A stretch of 64,000 nucleotides of DNA from the human T2T-CHM13v2.0 reference genome, Homo sapiens, in NCBI RefSeq assembly GCF_009914755.1, contig NC_060928.1. The stretch is one strand, 5' to 3'. A program made the position numbers and the translations under genes. The notes beneath the pieces were generated by a model, which ran no database searches, was not told the DNA's origin, and worked only from the letters and a program-made list of their open reading frames with translations. Positions 50,201 to 64,000 of this stretch are shown here, piece after piece (position 1 is the first letter of the stretch; each line of letters starts with the position of its first letter).

Positions 50201-53200
50201 TCTTTTCAAAAAATAAGCTCCTGGGTTCGCTGATTTTTTGAAGGGTTTTTTGTATCTCTGTCTCCTTCAGTTCTGTTCTGATCTTACTTATTTCTTGCCT
50301 TCTGCTAGCTTTTGAATGTGTTTGCTCTTGCTTCTCTAGTTCTCTTAATTGGGATGTTAGGGTGTCAATTTCAGATCTTTTCTGCTTTCTCTTGTGGGCA
50401 TTTAGTGCTATAAATTTCCCTGTACACACTGCTTTAAATGTATCCCAGAGATTCTGGTACATTGTGTCTTTGTTCTCATTGGTTTCAAAGAATATGTTTA
50501 TTTCTGCCTTCATTTCGTTATGTACCCAGTAGTCATTCAGGAGCAGGTTGTTCAGTTTCCATGTATTTGTGTGGTTTTGAGTGAGTTTCTTAATCCTGAG
50601 TTCTAGTTTGATTGCACTGTGGTCTGAGAGACAGTTTGTTGTGATTTCTGTTCTTTTACATTTGCTGAGGAGTGCTTTACTTCCAACTATGTGGTCAATT
50701 TTGGAATAAGTGTGGTGTGGTGCTGAGAAGAATGTATATTCTGTTGATTTGGGGTGGAGAGTTCTGTAGTTGTCTGTTAGGTCTGCTTGTGCAGAGCTGG
50801 CTTTAAGTCCTGGACATCATTGTTAACCTTCTTTCTCATTGATCTGTCTAATATTGACATTGAGGTGTTAAAGTCTCCCATTATTATTGTGTGGGAGCCT
50901 AAGTCTCTTTGTAGGTCTCTAAGGACTTGGTTTATGAATCTGGATGCTCCTCTACCAGGTGCATATATATTTAGGATAGTTAGCTCTTCTTGTTGAATTG
51001 ATCCCTTTACCATTATGTAATGGCCTTCTTTATCTCTTTTGATTTAAGTTGGTTTAAAGTCTGTTTTATCAGAGAGTAGGATTGCAACCCCTCCTTTTTT
51101 TTTGTTTTCCATTTGCTTGGTAGATCTTCCTCCATCCCTTTATTTTGAGCCTATGTGTGTCTCTGCACTTGAGATGGGTCTCCTGAATACAGCACACTGA
51201 TGGGTCTTGAGTCTTTATCCAGTTTGCCAGTCTGTGTCTTTTAATTGGAGCATTTAGGCCATTTACATTTAAGGTTAATATTGTTATGTGTGAATTTGAT
51301 CCAGTCATTATATTAGCTGGTTATTTTGCCCATTAGTTGATGCAGTTTCTTCCTTGCATTGATGGTCTTTACAATTTGGCATGTTTTTGCAGGGGCTGGT
51401 ACCGGTTGTTTCTTTCCATGTTTAGTGCTTCCTTCAGGAGCTCTTGTAAGCAGACCTGGTATTGACAAAATCTCTCAGCATTTGCTTCTCTGTGAAGGAT
51501 TTTATTTCTCCTTCACTTATGAAGCTTAGTTTGGCAGGATATGAAATTCTGGGTTGAAAATTGTTTTATTTAAGCATGTTGAATATTGGCCCCCACTCTC
51601 TTCTGGCTTGTAGAGTTTCTGCTGAGAGATCAGCTGTTAGTCTGATGGGCTTCCCTTTGTGGGTAACCTGACCTTTCTCTCTGGTTGCCCTTAACATTTT
51701 TTCCTTCATTTCAACCTTGGTGAATCTGACGATTACATGTCTTGGAGTTGTTCTTCTCAAGGAATGTCTTTGTGGTGTTCTCTGTATTTCCTGAATTTGC
51801 ATGTTGGCCTGTCTTGCTAGGTTGGGGAAGTTCTCCTGGATAATATACTGGAGTGTTTTCCAGCTTGGTTCCATTCTCCCCATCATGTTTAGGTATACCA
51901 ATCAAATGTAGATCTGGTCTTTTCACATAGTCGCATGTTTCTTGGAGACTTTGTTCATTTCTTTTTACTCTTTTCTCTCTAAACTTCTCTTCTCACTTCA
52001 TTTCATTAATTTGATCTTCAATCACTGATACCCTTTCTTCCACTTGATCAAATCGGCTACTGAAGCTTGTGCACGCATCATGATGTTCTCATCCCATGGT
52101 TTTCAGCTCCATCAAGTCATTTAAGGTCTTCTCTACACTGTTTATTCTAATTAACCATTCGTCTAATCTTTTTTCAAGGTTTCAGCTTCCTTGTGATGGG
52201 TTCAAACATCCTCCTTTAGCTCAGAGAAGTTTGTTACTACCGACCTTCTGAAGCCTACTTATGTCAACTCGTCAAAGTCATTCTCCATCCAGCTTGTTCC
52301 ATTGCTCGCAAGGAGCTGCGATCCTTTGGACAAGAAGGGGTGTTCTGATTTTTAGAATTTTCAGCTTTTCTGCTCTGGTTTCTCCCCATCTTTGTTGTTT
52401 TATCTACCTTTGGTCTTTGATGATGGTGACCTACAGATTGGGTTTTGGTGTGGATGTCCTTTTTGTTGATGTTGATGCTATTCCTTTCTGTTTGTTAGTT
52501 TTCCTTCTAACAGTCAGGTCCCTCAGCTGCAGGTCTGCTGGAGTTTGCTGGAGGTCCACTCCAGACCCTGTTTGCCATTATATCACCAGCGGAGGCTGCA
52601 GAACAGCAAATATTGCAGAACAGCAAATACTGCTGCCTGATCCTTCCTCTGGAAGCTTCATCTCAGAGGGACACCCAGCTGTATGAGGTGTCAGTCAGCC
52701 CCTACTGGGAGCTATCTCCCAGTTAGGCTACTCGGGGGTCAGGGACCCAGTTGAGGAGGCACTCTGTCCATTCTCAGAACTCAAACACCATGCTGGGAGA
52801 ACCACTGCTCTCTTCAGAGCTGTCAGACAGGGACGTTTAAGTCTGCAGAAGTTTCTGCTGCCTTTTGTTCAGCTATGCACTGCCCCCAGAGGTGGAGTCT
52901 ACAGAGGCAGGTAGGCCTTCTTGAGCTGCAGTAGGCTCCACCCAGTTCAAGCTTCCCAGCCGCTTTGTTTACCTACTCAAGCCTCAGCCATGGCAGACAC
53001 CCCTCCCCCAGCTAGGCTGCCGCCTTGCAGTTCGATCTCAAACTGCTGCACAAGCAGTGAGCAAGGCTCCGTGGGCATGGGACCCACTGAGCCAGGCGTG
53101 GGATATAATCTCCTGTTGTGCCATTTGCTAAGACCATTGGAAAAACGCAGTATTTGGGTGGCAGTGTCCCAATTTTCCAGATACAGTCTGTCATGGCTTC

Positions 53201-53427
53201 CTTTGGCTAGGAAAGGGAAATCCCTCAACCCCCTGTGCTTCCTGGGTGAGGCAATACCCCACACTGCTTCAGCTTGCCCTCCGTGGGCTGCACCCACTGA
53301 CCAACCTGTCCCAGTGAGATGAACCAGGTACCTCAGTTGGAAATGCAGAAATCACCCATCTTCTGCATCAGTCACGCTGGGAGCTGCAGACTGGAGCTGT
53401 TCCTATTCAGCCATCTTGGAAAAGATC
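47278..53427 (-). mobile_element. Full-length L1PA (PA6-like), ORFs disrupted, in HPGDS intron 2, nested in an older L1
   Basis: ORF2 fragments 47834-51308, ORF1 fragments, 5'UTR with GTTGATGTTGATGCTATTCC block; TSD TCTCC(C/T)TCATTTTTG at 47263-47277 and 53428-53442. Confidence 0.95.
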
Positions 53428-53442
53428 TCTCCTTCATTTTTG

Positions 53443-55870
53443 AAGGATAGCTTTGCTGGTTATAGTATTCTTGGCTGACAGGTTTTTTTTTTTTTTCAGC
53501 ACTTTGAACATATCATTCCATTGTCTCCTGGCCTCTAAAATTTCTGCTGAGAAATCTGCTGTCAGTCTGATGGGGATTCCTTTATGTATGACTTGACACT
53601 TTTCTGTCACTATTTTTGGAATTCTCTTTGTCCTTGAGGACAAAGTCAAACTTGACAACTTGACAAGCTTGACAGTTTGACTTTAATGTTTAATGACTTT
53701 AATGTTGAATCTATACCTGAGCTTCATGTATCTGGATGTCTGAATCTCTTGCTAGACTTGGGAAGTTTTAACTATCATTTTGTTAATTGGTTTTCTATGC
53801 CTTTGTCCATCTCTTCTCCTTCTGGAATTCCCAAAATCCCCAAATTCAAACATTTGGGTGCTTTATGGTTTCCCAAATGATGTAATACAGGCTTTCTTCA
53901 TCCTTTTTTCATTCTTTTATTTTTTTCTTTGGTCTGACTGGGTTATTTCAAAAGACCTGTCTTCAAGTTCAGAAATTCTTCGCTTGACCTAGTCTATTGA
54001 AGCTCTAGTTGTATTTTTTAAATTTCATTCATTGAATTCTTTAGCTCCAGAATTGTTTGGATTTTTTTTATAATATCTATCTGTTATATTGAATTTCTCA
54101 TTCAGATCATTGTCTTCCTGATTTCTTTGTATTATCTGTATTCTTTTGTATCTCACTGAGTTTCTTTAATACCATTATTGTCAATTCTTTTTCAGGCATT
54201 TCATGTATTTCCTTTTTTATGGAATTGGTTACTGGAGAATTATTGGGTTCCTTTGGAGATGTCTTGTTTCCTTGCTTTTTCATATTTCTTGTGTCTTTAT
54301 GTTGATTTCTGTGTATCTGGTATAGTAGTCGCTCCTTTCAGTTTTATGGATTGATTTTTGTAGGGAAACCCTTTTTCCTATAGATATATCTATAGTGTTG
54401 GTTGGGTAGGGTACTTTAGCTTTGATTCTAAGTAGGTGCAATAATGTAGTCTTCATATGATTTCTTCAGCTATAGTCAGCATCAGTGGTGTCTGTGAGTT
54501 TCTCAGTGGCTTAGGCTGTAGTTATTAGTGAGGCTGTGGTGAGTCTTTGCTGGGGAGGGGGATGCCAAGTGGACTCATCCTCAGGCACTAGTGGTGGCTA
54601 CAGTGGCCTGGGTGTGTGGATTCCTAGGCCCCTGAATGGGATGCACTGGTACCAGCAGTGCTGGGTAAGGCAGATCCAGCCCCCCAGACAATGCTTGTGA
54701 GTCCCAATGACAGTGGCAAGCAGAAAAGGTGACCTCAGGCCCCTGGATGATGTGCACAAGCACTGGTGGTGGCTGGTGGAGTAGGTTGATCCTCAGGCCA
54801 CTGGACAATGCATTCAGGAATTGGCAGCAGCAGTGACAGGCAAGATAGGCTTGTTCTCAGGTCTCCTGAGAGTGCATGTTTGCACCAGTGGCAGCAGGCA
54901 GGGCACGTTGATCCCCAGACCCCTGGATAATGTGCTTGGGTGCCAGTGGCAGTGGTAGTGGGTGGGGTGGGCTGGTCCTCAGGCATGCAGATGGTGCACA
55001 TAAATGCTAGTGGTGATAAGTGTGGCAGTACTATCCTCAGGTCCTGGAATGGCATATTGGTGAGCTGGTCCCCGGGCTTCATAAAGGTGCATGAAGGTAC
55101 ATTGTGGCCCTGATACTAGAGAAGGTATGGTTGCTGTCTGTGGCAACAGCCCCAGGCAGGCAGCTCTCAGACTCTGGAGAGTGCGTGCTTTAGCTTCCTG
55201 TGTTACAGCAGCAGCCTGTCTGGTATGCTACACTGTCTCTTCCCCAAGGTTTGGGACACTACATGGGCTAAAGGGCTAGGCACCCAGCCACAACACTTAA
55301 GTGAAGCCAGCATTGCAATGCTGCAGCCCTCTGGGTTGTTGTGGGGGGATGTCAGAAGGGCTCCAGGGATGTGGAGATGCACGGGCTTTTGGGTTCCAAG
55401 GCAAGATATAGTCTGGTGGGGACTGGGCTCTCCAAGTGGCACCATGATGCAGCTACTTGGGTCTCAGGGGGTGTGTAGGACACAGCACAAACTTCCACTC
55501 TGGAACAATGTTCTCACATGGACTCCAGGCACTCCCTATCCTAGTCTCAGGGCCCATAAGGCCCAAGGGGGCTCTCCCATGGCTAGAATTGCAGGAGTCT
55601 GCGGAGTAAATGTGGACCACTGGGGATATCTCTCTTACCTTTTCCCCACAATGGGGAGTCCCTCCCGGCTCCAAGCTGATTCCAGCCACATCAGCTGCTT
55701 CGCTTCCTTTTCTTTCTGTGCCTCAGAGGTTTCCCATCACTTCCCAGCTGAATTCCAGTCTTCTCTCTTAGATGCTCTATTAGATGTGTGGTTATCTACT
55801 TGCTATTTTGATCCTTCTTTGAGGAGATGAGTGTCAGTTACCTCTAGTCATTAATTTTGAAGCCCCACTT
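53443..55870 (-). mobile_element. Older L1 continued: ORF1 remnant and long GC-rich 5'UTR
   Basis: ORF 53434..53658 (HKGIPIRLTADFSAEILEARRQW) is ORF1-like; contiguous with 47262 across the L1PA TSD. Confidence 0.8.
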
Positions 55871-58340
55871 CATTTTGATGAGGGACTATTTGAAATGTAT
55901 AGCAAGGCAGCAAGCATTTTTGCACAAATATCGGACAGACTGATAGCAGATACCATATTAATATTTTATCTGTAAATCCTACTGTTTTCTTATCTAAACC
56001 TATTATATTTTTGTCACAAAGTAATATACATTTATTATAGAAAAATTATAAACTGATAAATGAAAATAATTCAGCCACATAGTTTTAACCATTTTAATAT
56101 TTTAATTGATTTCTCATATATATTTTAAAACAAATTATAATGCATGTAAATCACTTTTCATTTCAAGTTTTGTAAATCACTTTTCATTTCACAGTATCTT
56201 TTAAACATCTTTCTAAATCAATGAAACATCATCTTTTTAATGACTACGTAATACTTTGCCATGTGTATTGACCACAACTTTCCCAACCAGTGCCTTAGTT
56301 TTGGACATAAAATTATTTTAAAAGAGAGAAAATAATAAAGTGCCAGTCACACTCTGATGACCCTCATACAACTACTAGAATCAACTTTGTGTGTCTCCTT
56401 CAAGTATCTTTCATATGCACACCTAAATAAGTATATGAGAACTATACTTCACATCTGGAATAAAAATACCTTTAAGTACTTACCTTTAAGTAATGAGTGT
56501 CCCAACTACTATTTTTGGTGCCTGAGATACTTCAGTGAGCAAAACAAAGTCTCAAATGAAATTGACATGAGTTGGGATGCCTTATTTGAAGCAAAATATG
56601 TGAACAAGAAGGAATCAAAATGCGTAATTTTTTTGTCAGGGAGAGGTTTTTTTTTGTGCTAGGCATTGTACTAAATATTTAGCATGCCCATTAGGTCTTC
56701 TTTTACCTACAACAACCTTATGAAGTAGGTGATAACTATCTCATTTTATAAATGAAGGGATGAAGTTAAGAGGTTATATAAATTGCCCTGGTCACACACC
56801 TGGTAAAGGTAGGCTTCACACTGAGGTCACTTGGAACCCTTTCTCAGCTGTTTTCTTAGTTCTATGAGCCATGTTTTGAGAAAGATATTAAAAATCAGAG
56901 CAAGCTCAGAGAATAGTCTCCAAATTAGTGAGAGATTTGAAAATCTTATTTTTTTGAGGATTGGTTGAAGAACCTTGGCACTCTTCACCTGGAGGAGATA
57001 AAACTAGCTAAGTGGAACATAACCACCTCAAATAGGACAGAACTATCAAATAGAAGAAAAATTTGACTTATTCTGAGTACCTCTGAAATGTGAAACTAGA
57101 ATCAAAGGGTAGTAGAATAAAGGGCAGATGAAGAATAATTTTGTTCGCATTAGAGCCATTGACAACAGAATGTGTTTTCTTGTGAGATAGTGAGCTTTTA
57201 GCTACTGGAAGTGTTTGAGCCAACCTTGGGATAACTGCCCACAACTGGAACACTGGGCTGCATCTAACAAGAAGACATTTAAGAAGGCAAATGCTAAGTC
57301 CTTCATTTGATTCCAGAAAAAATAATAATCCCAGTGTTGTTGGAGGTGTCAACAGAAGTATTCTAAAGCTTAAAAGGCATTAAGGAATTTTGTTACACTG
57401 AATATGAGGCCTCAATGTGATGTGGCTGGCAAAATAACTACAGTGATCTTGGTAAAATGTCTTACAATGATGTCTAGTCTTGTGACAGGAATGATGGTCC
57501 CATTTTGCTCTGTGCTGTTCTTGTACCTTAAACACTGTGTTCTCCATAGGTATCACACCTTAAATGGCAGATGTACAGTAACAGGAACTTGTTTGGAGGA
57601 TACCTACGTGAGTGGTGAAGAAATGCAAATCAGGGAATATAAATGAGCACTCAAGGAAGAAAACTTAATTGTCCTTTGGACCTGGGTGTGATTGTAAAAT
57701 TGTAAATCACAGATGGTCCAGGGAAGAATGGCATCTAAATCAAGAAGTAGAGTCAGGGATGGGAAAGTTGGACTAAAATTCACAATGATGATCAGAGAAA
57801 CTAACAAGGAAGTTCCAAAATTTGTTAACTAGTTAGAGGTACAGATGCATGAATTAAATGGGACCCAATTACAAATTCTGCCAAAGACCTTTATCTTCAC
57901 TCAGCACATTTGTATTGAACTAACCACTCAGAAATAGCTTTTTTTTCCATGACGTCTTTAAAGAAACTAGGTTTCTTTAAATATTTGGTTGTAAAAGAAG
58001 GAGTAATCTGGTTCTCCATGGATTAAAATTATTAAGTACAAGACCAATCTATGAAAGCTATAAGGAGACAGATCTCAACTTTGTATAAGGAATAGTCTTT
58101 CAAAATTAGTCTCCCTTCTATTTTCTGTTCTCTCTTTCCAGAATTTTATTTGAAAGTTGGACCTCCTAAACTGAGCCTCAAGTTTCCTTTCTTTCTTCTT
58201 TTATTTTTCATTTATTTGTCCTATTTTTGTACTTTTGGGAAAAATATCCTTATTTTTGTCATTTTATTGATGTGTTTGTATCATAGTTTTAATTTTCAAG
58301 AACTGTTTGTCTCTGAATATTTCTTTTGACAGCACCCTGT

Positions 58341-58772
58341 TGTTAAAAGAAAAACTTCAGCCGAATTAAATTTAAAGGAGTTTAACTGAGCAATGAACGA
58401 TTTGCCAATTGGGAAGTCCCCAGAATCACAGCAGAATCACAGAGCCTCCAGGGGAGGCCTCATGATCAGAACAAATTTATAGACAAAAAAAGTAAAGTGA
58501 CACACAAAAATCAGAAGTGAGGTACAGAAACAACCAGATTGGTTACAGCCCAGAGTTTGCCTTATTTGAACACAGTTTGAACACTCAGCAGTATATGAGT
58601 GGTTGAAGTGTGGCTGCTGGGATTGGCCAAGACTCAGCTCTTCTTATAGGTGCATATTCCTAAGTTAGGTTTTAATCTTGTCTACTTACTAAGTTAGGTT
58701 ACAGTTCATCTACAGGGACTCAAATATAGTAGTACAGAGTCCTTCTCAGGCCATATTTAGTTTGCTATTACA
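58341..58772 (-). mobile_element. Solo ERV1 LTR, MER57-like
   Basis: TG...CA ends; minus strand starts TGTAATAGCAAACTAAATATGGCCTGAGAAGGACTC; near-TSD ctgt/gtgt. Confidence 0.8.
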
Positions 58773-59343
58773 GTGTTCTTGTTTCATGGATAGAATATCT
58801 TCTCTTATTTCTCTGAGGATTTTAAAAAATGTTTGAAGTGGTATTTTTTTCTCGCTAAATCATCTTGGTTTCCTCAGAGTTGCTTTTTTTCTGCTTCTTT
58901 GTTTAGGTATGTTTTCTGTTAGATTTTTCTCAAATATCTATTGATTTTTGATTGCCATTTATGTCTTAAAAGGCAAAGAAATAAAAACTACCTGTAAGCT
59001 CAGTGTGCATGGGAGGGGCTTGCCAACAGATTGGGCTGGGCTGTTTCATTAAGAAACTCTCGATCGTTCATTAACTTGAGCTGATCAGCTTCCCCAGAGA
59101 GGAATTTCTGCTCAAGGAATATTAGCCTGGTTGTAGCCTTCTGATTGTAGAGCAGGGGAAAGGTGCTATGGATCTCACCATTTAGTTTCTATACTTCCAC
59201 TGAATCCCACCTTTATTATAGCATTGTGTCCTCAAGACATGTCTGTTGTCCCAGAAGCCTCTGGTCTATCCTCCCCTGAGAGTAACCTCCATGCTTATTC
59301 TAGGGACGAGAAGGGATATGGTGGTCACAGTGCTTCTTCACAT

Positions 59344-60213
59344 TGATAGAGGCAGGAGGCAGAGAAATTCTAGGCAGACAGCAGCAGGTCCCCAGTGAAA
59401 CCCCACCTTCAAGCCAAAAAGCCTGAAACCTGCGGCCCAACATAAGAAAATCTATTCCTGTTTGCCTGCTGTCTCCTGATTGGTTCTTTCTGAATAATGC
59501 TTTTTTACCAATTGAATGTTGCCTTTTCCAAAACTACCTATAGCCCACCCTGCCCCACAATCGTGTGCCTATAAATACTTCAGACTCAGTTGGTAGAGGA
59601 AAGAAAAGCGGCCCAGCTGGAGAGAGTTGACTTGACTTTAGAGAGATGGCTGGACTTCGGAGGAGAGATGACTTGACTTCAGGGGAAGACTACCTGCCCA
59701 CCCTGTCCTCTCTCCAGCTCCCCTCTCTGCTGAGAGCCATTTCCACCACTTAATAAAATGTTCTGCCTTCACCATCTTTCAAGTGTCTGGACAACGTAGT
59801 TCTTCGGACGCTGGACAACAGCTTGGGACCCACTAAGTGCAGGGACCCACCAAGTACAGGGAACCAAAAAAGGCTGTCGCACTGGCCTTTTGCCCTTGCT
59901 GGTGGGGGGCAGCCACCCCATGTGATGAGGCAAGAGGCCCACTGAGCTGATAACACACCGCTGTCCATGGATGGCAGGGCTAAGAGAGCATTGTAACATG
60001 CCTCTGGGGCTTCAGGGGTCGCAGGCACCCCAACCTGGGTGCTGCTGCAGGGCCCACACAGAGCTTGCTCCTGCCAGCGCCCAAAGCGGTCAGCTGGATC
60101 CCATGCTTGCTTGCTCACGTGCTCCCTCCCACAAGGGATTGAGTGCAGTGGGCCAAGTAAATGGGGCACCCCATCACAAGTCCGACAAAGGGGTCAAGAA
60201 AAATTCTCCATCA
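59344..60213 (+). mobile_element. Solo ERV1 LTR, MER50-like
   Basis: TGATAGAGGCAGGAGGCAG...CATCA; 4-bp TSD ACAT on both sides; TATA near 59570; AATAAA near 59752. Confidence 0.85.
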
Positions 60214-62000
60214 ACATTTTTCTAGTCAATCCTATGTCAGCTCAACTTTTCGAGTTATCTGCTACTACAAATTCATGAGCCTTTTTCTGTATCTCTGGTG
60301 ATTTAGCTTGCCTTCTGCTCCTCAAGGTTTATGTTTGAACTCTGGGCCTACTAAGTCACTTTACCATGCTTTGGCCTGCTTTTTAGCTTCCAGAATTGTG
60401 TGCTATCATATCTACATTCAAGCTTTATTTCTTTGTCCTTATGGACTTTGGCCCTTTTTTAAAGTACTTCAGTGTTATTAAAGGAGAGAAAAAACGTTTT
60501 AAAGGGAGAAAATGTAAACTCATATGTGCAATTTACCAAGTTTGTCCAGGAGAACATTTTAATAAAAGTATCCAGTGATGGAATGTGTTGACTGGAGATT
60601 TTCTAGGTTCTAGCAGAGGGAGTGTCGTAGCAGGTTTCAAGCACCAGAGAGCACTGCTAAACTGGACAGCAGATGAGACCAAATAACATTTGTAATAGAA
60701 ACTGCTCCTTAGTAGTACCTGTTCTTTCCTTTCTTCTTAGAGTAATAAAACTCTGGATTTTTACCTGTGCAAATGATTATCCACAATTAAATCAGCATCT
60801 CTCAATTTTCCTTGTAGTAATATGTGACCGTTGGGCTTACCAAGTGACGTATGCAACTTTCTAGTAAAAGGAAGGGGTGTGTCCCCTCCCTCTTTCACAC
60901 TTTCTCTGAGCTACAATGTGGAAGGAATGTGAGCTATCTCACACTGTGTCAATAAGACACCAAGGGGTGGCAGATCAACAAGAAACCTAATCTTTGACAA
61001 CTGTATGGAGCAAAATCATGATACCCACTTGGGGTTTTGTGTAAATGAAATTTCTGTCCTTTCTAAGAAAATTTTACATTGCGTCTTTGTCTATTAAAAC
61101 ATTTGAAACTATATCCTAACCATCATGAACTTTAAGATTCCTTTCAACTCTGAAAATCTATGGAAATATTAAGAAAATACAGAAATTCCATTTTTAGTAA
61201 CAATGAAAAGTTCAGGTAGAATAGGGAATGAGGCACTCAGTGAACTTATATTTCAAAGCTAACAGGCAAAATTTATTACATGTAATATCTGCACCTTTCT
61301 ATCCATGTTGGTCTAATTAATTAGTGGATAAAAGTAATGTTCACCTATTATATATTCACTGTCTTAAAATCCCATGTGTAAATTCCAATATCGGAAGAAA
61401 CATTTGGATATTAATGGTAAAGTATCATGAGAATAAGAAATAAGATACACTATCTCACCAGAGAAGAGGTCTCTGCTAAGAAAAAGAATGGTTATAAGGG
61501 CAATGACTTTTAAGGAGCTCATGCTTCCAAAGGCTGTGGCAATTCATTGTTAATATGCCTGTTATCATAGTAGTGTTGTTTTGGCATTGTCTAGTGCAAA
61601 TAGCTTGAGCCTGGTATTAAACTGACCTGGGTTTGAAACTCAGTTCTACTTGCTAGGGTCGTGAAACTGGAAAAATTACCTAAACTCTGTGCACTTCAGC
61701 TATCCCAGTGACAAAATAGAAAAACAAACAAACAAACAATGTCGCATGTTTATTTCAGCTCATATTGTCTGCTAAAGCTTTATACTGGTTTACCTTTATA
61801 TTCTCTTTCTGTAAGTTTTGTGTTTTCACCTCTAATAGGAAATTTGCTTGATCACACAGCATTTATTTAGTCTGAACTGCTGCTTTTCAATTTAAAGCTA
61901 CATGAGCTTCGAAAACCTTGATTTTTTTTTCATTTCCCTGAGGAAAAACAAAAGGTTCTGAAAGCATATTTTTCCTACATTTATTATTTTTGCTACTTAC

Positions 62001-62133
62001 TTGATTTGATTTCAGGCCAGTCAGCTTGTTCTATTCTGTGGTCTTCATACTGTATGTCCAAATAAGCAAATATGTAACGAATAATTTCTGCTCTCCCCCT
62101 CATATTAAAATAAGTGAGTTTGTAGTTTGGCAT
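62001..62133 (-). CDS. HPGDS: HPGDS first coding exon (exon spans 62142-62001), MPNYKLTYFNMRGRAEIIRYIFAYLDIQYEDHRIEQADWPEIKS
   Basis: Manual reverse translation; GCACC-ATG Kozak; acceptor at 62144-62143; gtaagt donor; GST N-terminal Tyr8/Arg14. Confidence 0.97.
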
Positions 62134-63420
62134 GGTGCAATTCTGGAAAAAGAAAAAGGGAGGGATTATTTTAAGAGCCCTCTAGAGATGCCTCAATATT
62201 TTTCTTCAGAATTTTTTGGAAAACTTTATGGCATCTCTTGAGATTACTGGAGACATTAGAGGATATTTCAAAACCAAAATTATAAATCACTATCTAATTA
62301 CATACGGGGAAACTTGGTTGAAATCAGATCATGACTCTCTCTTGGCACTACTTAGAACATTACAGTGAAATAACCAAATTCAAACTTTATTTATAAAAAT
62401 ATTCAGATTAAGAGGGTAACTACACCCCAACCTTCAGAGCATGGAGCAAAAAAAACTTCCCACTTTAAGATGATTTTACCCTCCTTTTAGTCACTGGTAA
62501 TGTGTAATATTTGATATTTTGCCTGTTTTGTTTGCCCTTGTGACACAGCTCAGAGTTTATGAGGACATCTGGGTAAGGACAGCCAAGGGCTGGGCACATG
62601 CAAGAGGAATGTGAGTGCCATGCCAACCTGTCTTTGCCTCTCTTTCCTCACCTGTGGCTTTCCCTCTAGGCATCCAAGGCCTAGGGAAACACTGCTCTCT
62701 GGTTCCCTCTGACTACATCCACGCTACTGGGTTTTACTGGGTTACCTGCACCACAAAACACACCCCATCTCCAGACCTCTGCAGAGATGGGGCAATCTTC
62801 CTTCATTCCCTCTGTAGAGGAAGAAAGCCAAGTACTCTTACATTTCAAAACGTTTGCTAATACCGACGAATTCAGTCATTATAATTTTATGGGTTTTCAG
62901 TGATTTGTATCTTTTCATTTTCATTGTTTATAAATGGTTAATGACTTTAAGCACTCGTAGTGGAATATATTTTAATTTCGTAAGATCAAACAACTGAGAA
63001 AGAAATGTTTTCATTTGAAATTCAATTCTTTGAATTTGGGCTTTGGCCAGTTAAAATCTCCCTGAATTTCAAAGACCACTTTTTATAAATAGTGATATTA
63101 ACATGGATTTGTAAATTAATGAGGTAATACATATAAGGTACGTAGCACAATGGCAAACTTAATCATTAGCATCAGTAATAATGACTTTGATCTCATTCTG
63201 TAGTCAAGAATAAACACTATGAATACAGCACACTAAAGATAAATAATAATTATGGTAACTAAATGAATAAAAGCATATAATGATGATTATTTATTTAAAG
63301 TGGTGAGTTTAAATAGTTTATTCACTACTAAGAAAGTTTTTAAAGAATATTAATGGAATACTAATTAGATAAAAGGGAAAGTTGGGCTCAAGCCTCAAAA
63401 CAAAGTTTCATCAAAAATCA

Positions 63421-63754
<334 letters not shown>

Positions 63755-64000
63755 TTAAACACGAATCATAAAAATCTAGCTTGCCAAGTCTTGACTTTAA
63801 GTTTATATATTCCTGGAGTCTAGTGGGAAGAGGATGACCTGGAAATAACTGGTTGCCTATCTAGAAGCTCCCAGGTTCAGGAAGTGACGGTGATGGTAAT
63901 TCCTAGCAAAACCATTTTTTCTGGCCCTGGCTTCTGTGTCCAGATGTTGTGGAGTGAAGCTGGTGCTCCTTGCTAAAACGAGAGAGCTACTGCCAATCAT

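Noticed and set aside
55225-55830. 201-aa + strand ORF
   Set aside because: Lies antisense in the GC-rich 5'UTR of the old L1; no recognisable domain
59750-60278. Overlapping ORFs of 76-139 aa
   Set aside because: Entirely within the MER50-like solo LTR

Overview
Primate genomic DNA, almost certainly human (chr4q22 from memory). Two genes converge tail to tail. On the + strand are the last 13 coding exons and 3'UTR of SMARCAD1, an SNF2-family remodeler ATPase (1110-17041; UTR to about 18800). On the - strand is the complete 600-nt CDS of HPGDS (hematopoietic prostaglandin D synthase, a sigma-class GST) in five exons (62133-26998); none of these HPGDS exons appears in the ORF track. Between the genes lies a 5.3-kb HERV-H that is not a normal provirus. 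It has mRNA structure (R-U5-gag-pro-pol-U3-R), a 16-bp target-site duplication and an extra 5' G, so it looks like an L1-retrotransposed HERV-H transcript. Its R-region poly(A) signal is positioned to terminate HPGDS. HPGDS introns carry two sense-oriented, full-length but disrupted L1PA elements of different subfamilies. These share many private substitutions (probable ectopic gene conversion) and bracket the in-frame exon 3. Numerous Alus, DNA-transposon fossils, two solo LTRs and older L1/L2/MIR debris fill the rest. Repeat subfamily names and consensus comparisons are from memory, not from a search.
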